From contig JAQUAI010000005.1 of NCBI GenBank assembly GCA_028687335.1, positions 49,972 to 113,971 on the forward strand: a stretch of DNA of 64,000 nucleotides. Direction: 5' to 3'. How positions within the stretch are numbered: position 1 is the first letter of the stretch; every line of letters begins with the position of its first letter. Under the pieces are notes generated by a model, which saw nothing but the letters and a program-made list of their open reading frames with translations, ran no database searches and was not told the DNA's origin. Source of the stretch: Gallionella sp. (GTDB lineage: Bacteria; Pseudomonadota; Gammaproteobacteria; Burkholderiales; Gallionellaceae). A program made the translations under genes and the position numbers. Positions 1-8,902 of the stretch are shown here, in pieces.

Positions 1-532
1 TTCTCAAAGCTGAACGCTCTGCCAATTCCGAGCTAATTGCACCCAAACGCTTTTTTAACTTTGCATGCAATTGATAAATATTGCCTGCTTCAAAAGGCTG
101 TGCATCAGGCACAAACAGTCGTGCATTATTTATTGCCGCGTCTTTTCTATCATCTTCTTTAAGTTGTAATGCAGCATACGCTTCGGCAAGAAAATAATTC
201 GCCACCACAGTGCAAACATTGTCGGAAGTTCTACTGCGAGCAATTAACTCTGTAGTCAAGTTGCTTCGCGAATGCGCTGCGTTTTCAATCTTTGACGTTA
301 TCTCCCGCTGAGTTAAATTCCGAGAAACATACTCCACCAAGGAATCATCATCATCGACCTCCCCAATTTGTAGCAGCGAAGGCTCAAGAATTCGAATCTC
401 AGCATCTAGGACGCGAAGGCACCATCTTTTGAGATCAAGAGCCTTTTTAAAGACTGATAATTGCACCCAGTAATAAAACTTCAGGAGTTTTAAATAAAAC
501 CAATTCCGTAGTTTTACAAGGAAAGATTTCAT
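1..532 (-). CDS. Hypothetical protein, partial (runs off the left edge), low GC
   Basis: Hand translation from ATG at 532 gives MKSFLVKLRNWFYLKLLKFYYWVQ...ELAERSALR, 177 codons without a stop. Absent from the ORF track because it is truncated. Confidence 0.7.
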   Translation of the reverse strand, partial: MKSFLVKLRNWFYLKLLKFYYWVQLSVFKKALDLKRWCLRVLDAEIRILEPSLLQIGEVDDDDSLVEYVSRNLTQREITSKIENAAHSRSNLTTELIARSRTSDNVCTVVANYFLAEAYAALQLKEDDRKDAAINNARLFVPDAQPFEAGNIYQLHAKLKKRLGAISSELAERSALR

Positions 533-559
533 TGGTAAGTTACTGGGCAGTGCTCTGCA

Positions 560-691
560 TTATCGACTAATCGGCTTATATCGAATCCGCTTAGGCTTCG
601 CACCCTCTTCACCCAAACGCTTCTTCTTATCCGCTTCGTATTCCTGATAGTTGCCATCAAAGAACGTCCACTTGGAATCACCTTCGCAGGC
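560..691 (-). repeat. Orphan copy of the last 43 codons plus stop of ettA
   Basis: Translates ACEGDSKWTFFDGNYQEYEADKKKRLGEEGAKPKRIRYKPISR*. By hand count 15/132 nt differ from 4750-4881, with one amino acid change (K/R). Confidence 0.95.
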
Positions 692-717
692 GTGGATGAA
701 GGAGGCAGAGGCATACG

Positions 718-999
718 TCAAGCCGCCTTTTCAAGACCAGCCTCAGGCATCAGCCTGTTCTGGTACAAGTCAGCAATGGGAAAGCAAAGATCATAGTCGC
801 CCCACACCAACTCGCCGTACTCGATGCGAAACGCCGCGAAGCGTGCGGGGTCTAGATAGGCACGAATATCGGGATGGCGCGAAAGCGACAGGAACGCTTT
901 GAAATCCACCGTCTGCGCCGTGCCGTCATCGAAAGACAGGCGCAGCGCATAATCGCCGACCTGCTCCACCGCTGTGATGTTAAGAGTTGCAGGAATCAT
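718..999 (-). CDS. DUF2442-family protein (putative antitoxin)
   Basis: YALRLSFDDG...GELVWGDYDLCFPIADLY pattern; overlaps the upstream DUF4160-like gene by 4 bp. Confidence 0.8.
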   Translation of the reverse strand: MIPATLNITAVEQVGDYALRLSFDDGTAQTVDFKAFLSLSRHPDIRAYLDPARFAAFRIEYGELVWGDYDLCFPIADLYQNRLMPEAGLEKAA

Positions 1000-1307
1000 T
1001 TCAGCCTCCTTGTGATGCGCTCCGATTTTACGGGTTTGTGCAGCACGAAAAAATCAATCCACTTACTCACAATCTCTGTCGCACGAGCAGAAACAAGCTC
1101 TTCAAAATGACGCATCTCAGTATTGCCTAGCGGAGCGCGTCCGACAACATCCGTATAGCGAATCTCGGCGACCTCGCCGTTAACAACGATGATCTCGGCG
1201 CGAGATTCACGGTCTTGGAACTTACCGTGGACATGCACAGGCTCATGCTCATGCTCATTGGCATAGAACATAATGATCAAACCAAAATATTCGTAGAGCT
1301 TGGGCAT
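996..1307 (-). CDS. DUF4160-family protein (putative toxin)
   Basis: MPKLYEYFGLIIMFYANEHEHEPVHVH...W motif; paired with DUF2442. Confidence 0.8.
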   Translation of the reverse strand: MPKLYEYFGLIIMFYANEHEHEPVHVHGKFQDRESRAEIIVVNGEVAEIRYTDVVGRAPLGNTEMRHFEELVSARATEIVSKWIDFFVLHKPVKSERITRRLK

Positions 1308-1328
1308 TACGCACTCCGTTCCATCAGA

Positions 1329-1424
1329 TCAATCAAACTCCAAACAATTGCGAAGCTGCCCCCTTTGATTCCGAGCCGGATTGAGGTGACGAATCCAGAC
1401 GTTGGTATCCGGCAGGTACAGCAT
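1329..1424 (-). pseudogene. vapC: 5' remnant of a PIN/VapC toxin gene
   Basis: ATG at 1424 overlaps the antitoxin stop (TAATG). MLYLPDTNVWIRHLNP is a typical VapC N-terminus (DTN motif); similarity is lost after about 16 codons. Confidence 0.7.
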
Positions 1425-1666
1425 TATTCCAAGTCCAGCCGCTGCTCGTATTCGCCCTGCGGCTCTCGAACCAAATGCTCGCCTTGCCATGCCCCAGCTG
1501 TTCGCTCCCACACATTTTTTGCATCACCAGCTTGGCTTGTTTTTTTGCCTGCAGCCTCGTCCAGCAGGATCAAAACCCGGACTGGCTGACCTTCTACCAA
1601 ATGGAGAGTTTTGGGCACAGCGATCTGTCCGTGTTCAAGATGCGAGTTAAATTCGATGGCTTGCAT
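1424..1666 (-). CDS. Putative VapB-type (AbrB-like) antitoxin
   Basis: 80 aa with GQIAVP...EGQPVRVLIL and GAWQGE...REPQGEYE patterns; AAGGAGG RBS; translationally coupled to the vapC remnant. Confidence 0.65.
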   Translation of the reverse strand: MQAIEFNSHLEHGQIAVPKTLHLVEGQPVRVLILLDEAAGKKTSQAGDAKNVWERTAGAWQGEHLVREPQGEYEQRLDLE

Positions 1667-1732
1667 GATGACCTCCTTGGTTAGCGGCGAACTGTCTTTT
1701 GCTAGTTTAGCTTAAACGGTTATAGGGTAGAT

Positions 1733-1795
1733 GCCGTTCACCCTTCGACAAGCTCGAATTAAACGGGGACAGACTGAGCTAACCCCTTTGATTCC
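1733..1795. repeat. Truncated CCCTTCGACA(A/G)GCTC REP-like element joined to GGGGACAGAC and GCTAACCCCTTTGATTC motifs
   Basis: 1741-1755 matches 4661-4675 at 14/15. 1765-1774 is identical to 3921-3930. 1778-1794 resembles 2575-2592. Confidence 0.7.
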
Positions 1796-1853
1796 CAGTG
1801 ACTCTCCAGGGGGCGGCCATAACAGTTCAATAGGTAAGAGAAACTGGAAGGTT

Positions 1854-2009
1854 TTACTTTCCCTGCTTGCCTGCGGCGGTGGATTTGCGCACAACAAATG
1901 GTGTACCGGTTTGCTCGGCCAGTTGGCGCGCCTTCTCGGATGCACGCATTAACGCCTGCGGAGCTTTTTGCATATCAGGGTCTTTTAAGTGAGAAACAGG
2001 AGTTTTCAT
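1854..2009 (-). CDS. Small (51 aa) partner of the zeta-like ATPase
   Basis: Hand translation MKTPVSHLKDPDMQKAPQALMRASEKARQLAEQTGTPFVVRKSTAAGKQGK*; ATGA overlap with the upstream gene's stop. Confidence 0.7.
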   Translation of the reverse strand: MKTPVSHLKDPDMQKAPQALMRASEKARQLAEQTGTPFVVRKSTAAGKQGK

Positions 2010-2542
2010 TTGTTCTGCCCTTCATCTAATAACACGGTAGGTGCGCCCGAATTGTCGTACAACTGCCAACAATCCACCAACAACTTGTAGCGCTCGAAAT
2101 TCTGGAGGCCATGCACAAAGCGCCGCCGAATAACATCCACAGGAACATTGTGCCCCCCTTGCTTAACACGAATGGACACACGCTCAATTGCCATCTCGAC
2201 ATCCGGCAAGGACAAGAAAAATAACTTCACCAAATACCCCGAAGAACGCCACACCGGGATCATCTGCGCATAAGACAAACCGGAAAGCGTCGTCTCAAAT
2301 GAAAAACTCTCGCCGCGCTTCGCATAATCCGCAATCGTCTCAAGCATTATCCGCCCCGCCTTGAACGCAGCCAGATCAGGCGCAAAAGGAGACAACCCGG
2401 CAGCAATCAGATCGGCATTCACAAAGTTTGGCAACTCCGCATCGGTCGGTAAGAACTCCCGCGCGAAGGTCGTCTTCCCCGCACCGTTCGGCCCGGCGAT
2501 GATGACAATGCGTTTATTGCTGGTCGATGATGTCATGGTCAC
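2006..2542 (-). CDS. Zeta-toxin-like / COG4185-type P-loop ATPase
   Basis: Walker A IAGPNGAGKTT; FVNADLIA, FSFETTLSG and RVKQGGHNVP motifs. Confidence 0.85.
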   Translation of the reverse strand: MTMTSSTSNKRIVIIAGPNGAGKTTFAREFLPTDAELPNFVNADLIAAGLSPFAPDLAAFKAGRIMLETIADYAKRGESFSFETTLSGLSYAQMIPVWRSSGYLVKLFFLSLPDVEMAIERVSIRVKQGGHNVPVDVIRRRFVHGLQNFERYKLLVDCWQLYDNSGAPTVLLDEGQNK

Positions 2543-2546
2543 TCAG

Positions 2547-2569
2547 AAAACGTGGTCTGTCCCCGATTA
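2547..2569 (+). repeat. 23-bp inverted repeat, left copy (AAAACGTGGTCTGTCCCCGATTA)
   Basis: Exact reverse complement of 3916-3938. Related partial motifs follow at 2575-2592 and 2617-2637. Confidence 0.9.
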
Positions 2570-2642
2570 TTCATGCTGACCCCCTTTAATTCAGTACCTA
2601 TGGTTTCTTAAAACTATTTGGGCTCCGTCCCCATTTCATTCA

Positions 2643-3911
2643 TTAAACAAATTTCTTAAGGCCGTTACTTTCAAGCAACTCATCGAAATCAGATCGAGGC
2701 ATTTTGTTAGTATCACGCAACTTATGGAGCAGCTCTTTTACTTCTATGCTTTCATAAATTTGACTGTTTTCTTGAATCCCTTGAATAAGAATTTTCTGTT
2801 GTTCAGTCGAAAAATCAGAAGCATAAAACATCATCTCTTGAGCCCACTCATTAGCCTCAGCATAATTTTTCGATGACAAATAAATTGCTATGAATTTATC
2901 TGCAAGCTCATACGTCAAACCAAAAAAGGAAGTACTTCGGAATTCAGCTCTTGTTGTTTTCGACAGACGAATAGATGCCTGCTTTTTAAGAGCCGGGAAA
3001 TCAAGTAAAAAATCCAAGTACTCCAAGTCTTCAAAGGGTAAATTGGCGACATAATTTTCAATTCTATGGTGTACATCCTGACCAAGAAAATTCCAGCAAT
3101 CCGAAATCTGACGAAACAACCGAATTACCAAACTCAAATTCGCATCATCCACTCCCTGGCACAAAGGGGTAAGTTTCTCTTTCATGGCAGATTCAAACAT
3201 CCTGGGATGTAAAGACCTGACCGCCCCTAATGCAGCCAACGTACGCCAGCGTAGCTTCCAGTCGAGACCTACTGAAAGCGCCTGCTTAAGCAATACCACA
3301 AGGAAGTTGCGAACCAATGAATCACGCGGACGCTTCAAAGGTCCTGATGAAAGTGAAGCAGTTGCTTTCTTTACATTATCAGGAAAGTACTCAGAATTTA
3401 CTTCTCGAACTAGCCTCTCAAGAGCTGACTTCCCTTGCACTGGCGGATGCTGAAGCAAATGTGTGACTGCTGATCGTATGTGTAAACGTGCCAACTCACC
3501 GGGAGGTTGGAATACCTGGTCATCTGAAAGCAATGAAGGGTGAGCACATCTGTTCCGATCCTGCTGCAACCTGTCCAAATCGACGTGCTCCAAATGCGAA
3601 AGGAGTTCAAATTGATCCCGTGCCACATCAAGAAGCTCGCGTTCAAACTTTAATGCGCTAGCCATATCATTCGACACACGAGCTTTATCTAAAGCTTCGA
3701 CGATATTTTCAGCAGCTTTATCGCCTGAAAGATTTAACTCTCGCAACTTGTCGATGATATCGAAACAAACCGCAATCCATGTAGCAACTATTGCAGCGCG
3801 GTACGCACCACCTCGATAACAATTAACAGCCTCTGAAATATACGAACGCGCACGTTCGTCTCGACATAAGAGAACAAGTTCATCCAAATCAGCAATCGAA
3901 GAATTAAGCAT
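2643..3911 (-). CDS. HEPN-like (RxxxxH) protein, candidate defence nuclease
   Basis: EAVNCY..GAYRAAIV N-terminal helix motif and RNRCAH motif; lower GC than the core genes. Confidence 0.6.
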   Translation of the reverse strand: MLNSSIADLDELVLLCRDERARSYISEAVNCYRGGAYRAAIVATWIAVCFDIIDKLRELNLSGDKAAENIVEALDKARVSNDMASALKFERELLDVARDQFELLSHLEHVDLDRLQQDRNRCAHPSLLSDDQVFQPPGELARLHIRSAVTHLLQHPPVQGKSALERLVREVNSEYFPDNVKKATASLSSGPLKRPRDSLVRNFLVVLLKQALSVGLDWKLRWRTLAALGAVRSLHPRMFESAMKEKLTPLCQGVDDANLSLVIRLFRQISDCWNFLGQDVHHRIENYVANLPFEDLEYLDFLLDFPALKKQASIRLSKTTRAEFRSTSFFGLTYELADKFIAIYLSSKNYAEANEWAQEMMFYASDFSTEQQKILIQGIQENSQIYESIEVKELLHKLRDTNKMPRSDFDELLESNGLKKFV

Positions 3912-3914
3912 AAG

Positions 3915-4235
3915 TTAATCGGGGACAGACCACGTTTTATTTTTCCCCAACTCCTCATGCACCCACTCAGGATCAAGGTCCGCACCGTTAGGCCACGTAA
4001 GTGCACCTAGTTCGATGTTAACTTTATTGAAAATTGCTTGATCCTTGAGCACAGCATAGACGCCCGCCTTCTCACTTGAGACCAAGCGAGACATATCGAC
4101 GACACCGCTCGTGCCGTCGTTGCAGGTGATTGAAAGCCGGTAACCGGGCTGCGGATTGACTGCGCTGACACGCCAAGGTGCAGCCGCGATTACTCCAGCG
4201 GGGCGATGTTCTTGGGTAACTGTTTCGATTGGCAT
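3915..4235 (-). CDS. DUF2442-family protein (second, divergent copy); C-terminus supplied by the 23-bp repeat
   Basis: YRLSITCNDGTSGVVD...GALTWPNGADLDPE; probable start MPIETV at 4235; ends KNKTWSVPD*. Confidence 0.8.
   Translation of the reverse strand: MPIETVTQEHRPAGVIAAAPWRVSAVNPQPGYRLSITCNDGTSGVVDMSRLVSSEKAGVYAVLKDQAIFNKVNIELGALTWPNGADLDPEWVHEELGKNKTWSVPD
3916..3938 (-). repeat. 23-bp inverted repeat, right copy
   Basis: TAATCGGGGACAGACCACGTTTT, the reverse complement of 2547-2569. Confidence 0.9.
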
Positions 4236-4450
4236 AGGTTCCAGTCCTCCATCAACTCGGTGCGATGTTGTGCTGCCCATTCGAGTACGAGTGCCTGCGC
4301 CCGTTTCGGCAGACTACCTTTGATGACTTCCAGCGTGCGGATGTCGACCAAGGCTTCGTACTCGCCATACATGGCGTGAAAGTGAGGCGGCGCATGCTCA
4401 CGCCAGAACATCTGGATGATGATCCCGAAGAACTGGCTGATGGTTGGCAT
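4190..4450 (-). CDS. DUF4160-family protein (second copy)
   Basis: MPTISQFFGIIIQMFWREHAPPHFHA.YG...LVLEWA..H..EL..DW...IAPLE. Confidence 0.88.
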   Translation of the reverse strand: MPTISQFFGIIIQMFWREHAPPHFHAMYGEYEALVDIRTLEVIKGSLPKRAQALVLEWAAQHRTELMEDWNLCQSKQLPKNIAPLE

Positions 4451-4455
4451 GTCGC

Positions 4456-4557
4456 TTACCGCGCGTTTGCTTCGTCGCGATTGAAGCGATAGCCGCGCGT
4501 GAAAATGATAGTCGCCTTGAAAACGTGTTTGCGCTTTTTGGGTTTGACTGTTTGCAT
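4456..4557 (-). CDS. 33-aa antitoxin-like peptide or remnant
   Basis: MQTVKPKKRKHVFKATIIFTRGYRFNRDEANAR* with AAGGAG RBS. The C-terminal F-x-RDEANAR resembles tails of small antitoxins that precede PIN toxins (from recall). Confidence 0.5.
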   Translation of the reverse strand: MQTVKPKKRKHVFKATIIFTRGYRFNRDEANAR

Positions 4558-4617
4558 GGTCAAGCTCCTTGTTGAATAAGTAGCATTCTATTCTGCACTA
4601 AGCATGTAAGCCAGCAA

Positions 4618-4740
4618 CCCTCACCCCCAGCCCCTCTCCCGCCAGCGGGCGAGGGGAGAGCCCTTCGACAGGCTCAGGGCGAACCTTACCCTCACCCCAA
4701 CAGCACCCCCACCCTAACCCTCCCCCGGAGGGAGAGGGGA
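4618..4740. repeat. Cluster of REP-like palindromes directly after the ettA stop
   Basis: CCCTCACCCCCAGCCCCTCTCCCGCCAGCGGGCGAGGGGA (4618-4657), GCCCTTCGACAGGCTCAGGGCGAACC (4660-4685) and CCCCCACCCTAACCCTCCCCCGGAGGGAGAGGGGA (4706-4740). Confidence 0.8.
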
Positions 4741-4749
4741 TAGATGCGG

Positions 4750-6420
<1,671 letters not shown>

Positions 6421-6500
6421 TTTGCGGATTCTCTGAATGCGGTTGGAAAGGCCGCAAGCTTACCGCAAAGGTGTGTCGAATGGGAGCGCGGGCGGGGAGA

Positions 6501-7112
6501 TTAGGGCAGGAACATGCGGAATACCGCGCCGTTTGCGTTGCTCAGGCTGATGTGGCCGTGGCGGCCTTCCAGTTGGTGCAGTTTGGCGATGCGGTTAGCT
6601 AGGTAAAGGCCGAGTCCGGTACCCACGCCGCTGGCGGCAGCGGGGATGTTGCCGCTGTTGGCGAGGATGTGTTCGGGGTAGCCTTCACCGTCATCCGCAA
6701 TTTCGATGACGAGTTGCTGATCTTGTTCGTAGGCGGAGAGGCTGATGTGGGTGCGCGTGAAGCGGCAGGCGTTATGCAGCGCGTTGGCCAGCGCCAGACG
6801 CACCAGCGCATCGTCAAAAAAAGCGAAGTCGGGTGCGCGTGCGGCATCAATTTCAAAACGCAGTCCGGGGTAGAGTTCTTGATATTCTGCGACGAGTATC
6901 GTCAAAAAATCCGCCGCATTGACCGAGTCGACATTGACGCGAATCAGGTCGGCATCTTGTTTGTGGATTAGCAGCATTTCGGTGAGTCGCCGCGCGGCAT
7001 TCATCGCAATCGACATTTCATGTTGCGCATCGCCACGTTTACCCAATTGCAGCGAGAGTTCAGCCAATTGGTTTTTGACATCGTGGACGATGGCGGCATA
7101 CAGGTCGTTCAT
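6501..7112 (-). CDS. Sensor-less histidine kinase (HisKA + HATPase)
   Basis: HDVKN H-box, NALHNA N-box, DDGEG G1 and GTGLGL G2. Confidence 0.88.
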   Translation of the reverse strand: MNDLYAAIVHDVKNQLAELSLQLGKRGDAQHEMSIAMNAARRLTEMLLIHKQDADLIRVNVDSVNAADFLTILVAEYQELYPGLRFEIDAARAPDFAFFDDALVRLALANALHNACRFTRTHISLSAYEQDQQLVIEIADDGEGYPEHILANSGNIPAAASGVGTGLGLYLANRIAKLHQLEGRHGHISLSNANGAVFRMFLP

Positions 7113-7123
7113 GGTGGCTCCTT

Positions 7124-8731
7124 TTACGACTTAAGCTGCTTGAGCAGGTTGTCGATTTGCTCGATTTTGGGATAGTTCGGCGATTTTTTGATTAAGGTTT
7201 CGCGGTAGTTCATGCAGCGCGCGAGCTTGTCTGCCGTCTTGCCGTTTTTGACCATATCCAGCGCGAGCACGAGTGCGGCATTGCCGGTGATCTGCAAGTT
7301 GTTGGGCAGGCGGTCTGCCGCCGTGGAAAGCATGTCGATTGCTTCGGCCAATTCGCCTGCTTGTGCTTTGCGTACCCCATTGTTGTTGAGCAGAATAATT
7401 TCCTGCTGGCTGGCGCTGATGATCGCGCTGGCTTCGTTGGCGTCTTTGCCGGAAGCTACCAGCACGGCATGCACGCGCTGGCTGATCTGGTGATCGTCTT
7501 CATGGTTTTGCACGGCGTGTTGCAGCAGCTTGGTGGCTTCCGCATCTTTACCCAGCGCGAAGCACGCTTCGGCAACAGCCAGCACCGTGGCGGCAGGCAG
7601 GCTGCCGAGGTCGGTGCCGGACATGGCTTTGCTGAGTGCGATCTCGGCCTGCGCCGAGTTGCCCGCAGCGCGATGCACGACGCTTTCTGATGCGGCTAGC
7701 ATGACGAGGCTTTTTGCGTCCTGAAAGCTTTTTTGCGCTTCTTGCACGGTACTCAACGCTTCGCTGGTTTTGCCCTGATTAAGCAGAGCTTTCGATAATA
7801 CGGCGTAGTCGTTTGCTTGCCGTACCGGAGAGTGTTTATGTTTTTGCAATGCCTGTCGCATGATTGATTCGGCGAGTTCCGGTTGCCCGGAGTCAACAGC
7901 CAGCGCGCTGGTTTCGCGGATGCGGCTCATCGTGCCGGGGGAAATTTGACGGGCTTTTTGCAGCACGTCGAGGGCGGCATTTTTTTCGCCGTTGCGTTCA
8001 AGTTGCTTGGCGAGAAAATCGTAAGCGGCCAGGAATTGCGGCGATTCGGCAAGAATTTCACGCGTGATTTTTTCCGACTCACTATGTTCGCCGGTGGCAG
8101 CAAGCGATCTTGCCAAGCCCAGCTTGGCCCAGCCTATCGGGCGCAACGCGAGTATCGCACGGTAGCACTCCACGGCTTGTTGCGGTTGATTGTTGCGGAG
8201 GAGTGCGCTGCCTTTGATTTTGTGCAACTCGAAAAAGTATTTGTCCTTGCTTGGGATCATGAGGTCGCATTCGGCCACGACGCGCGCCCAATTTTTTTTG
8301 TCGGTCGCTCTGTCGAGCGGGGCGAAATACGCCTGTTTCTCCAATAGTTTTTCCAAGCGTGCATTGAACTGCGCGGCGGTGAAAGGCTTGAGCAGGTAGT
8401 CGTCGGGCGCGCATTCGGAGGCAACGACGACTTTTTCGTAGGCCTGCTCGGCGGTAATCATGACGAAGATGGTGTTGCGCGTGATCAGGTCGTTGGTGCG
8501 CAAATATTCCAAAAACTGCTGGCCGTCAGTGCTATCGCCCAGCGAGTAGTCGCACAGGATGACATCGTATTTATTGGCGGCAATACGTTCGATGGCTTCT
8601 TTGATGTTTGAGACTAGATGCAGCTTGGCAAAGCCGGAGCTGGATAAAGACATGCGCAGTTGTGAGCGCATGCCTTCCATGTCGTCGATGACGAGTACCC
8701 ACTTGTCGGAAAATGTGCTGATGGTTGCCAA
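7124..8731 (-). CDS. Response regulator with receiver domain and TPR repeats
   Basis: VLVIDD, ILCDY, MITAE and YLLKPF receiver motifs followed by TPR-like helices; probable TTG start at 8731 after GGAGGG. Confidence 0.88.
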   Translation of the reverse strand: MATISTFSDKWVLVIDDMEGMRSQLRMSLSSSGFAKLHLVSNIKEAIERIAANKYDVILCDYSLGDSTDGQQFLEYLRTNDLITRNTIFVMITAEQAYEKVVVASECAPDDYLLKPFTAAQFNARLEKLLEKQAYFAPLDRATDKKNWARVVAECDLMIPSKDKYFFELHKIKGSALLRNNQPQQAVECYRAILALRPIGWAKLGLARSLAATGEHSESEKITREILAESPQFLAAYDFLAKQLERNGEKNAALDVLQKARQISPGTMSRIRETSALAVDSGQPELAESIMRQALQKHKHSPVRQANDYAVLSKALLNQGKTSEALSTVQEAQKSFQDAKSLVMLAASESVVHRAAGNSAQAEIALSKAMSGTDLGSLPAATVLAVAEACFALGKDAEATKLLQHAVQNHEDDHQISQRVHAVLVASGKDANEASAIISASQQEIILLNNNGVRKAQAGELAEAIDMLSTAADRLPNNLQITGNAALVLALDMVKNGKTADKLARCMNYRETLIKKSPNYPKIEQIDNLLKQLKS

Positions 8732-8902
8732 CGGAAAGCCCTCCGTGATTGCGCTAAGAATTGGGCGGCATCCTAGCGCAATTTGGCTGCATTTGTTCGC
8801 GCGAAAAGGGGAGGGAAGTCTGATCGACGGCGGATACCCGCACATACGGGCATCTGGTGTTTTGATTTTTCGGCTTGCCGCTGACGCGGGCTGTTGAGTT
8901 TT

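Larger units (their letters stand above)
560..4749 (-). mobile_element. Accessory TA/defence cassette island downstream of ettA, bounded by a duplicated ettA 3' end; no integrase visible
   Basis: Direct repeat 560-691 / 4750-4881. All cargo genes are on the - strand and are TA-like or HEPN-like. Repeats sit at cassette junctions. Confidence 0.7.

Noticed and set aside
560-4749. Classical integron or prophage
   Set aside because: No intI or phage genes, and I could not identify attC-type RYYYAAC...GTTRRRY sites at the junctions.
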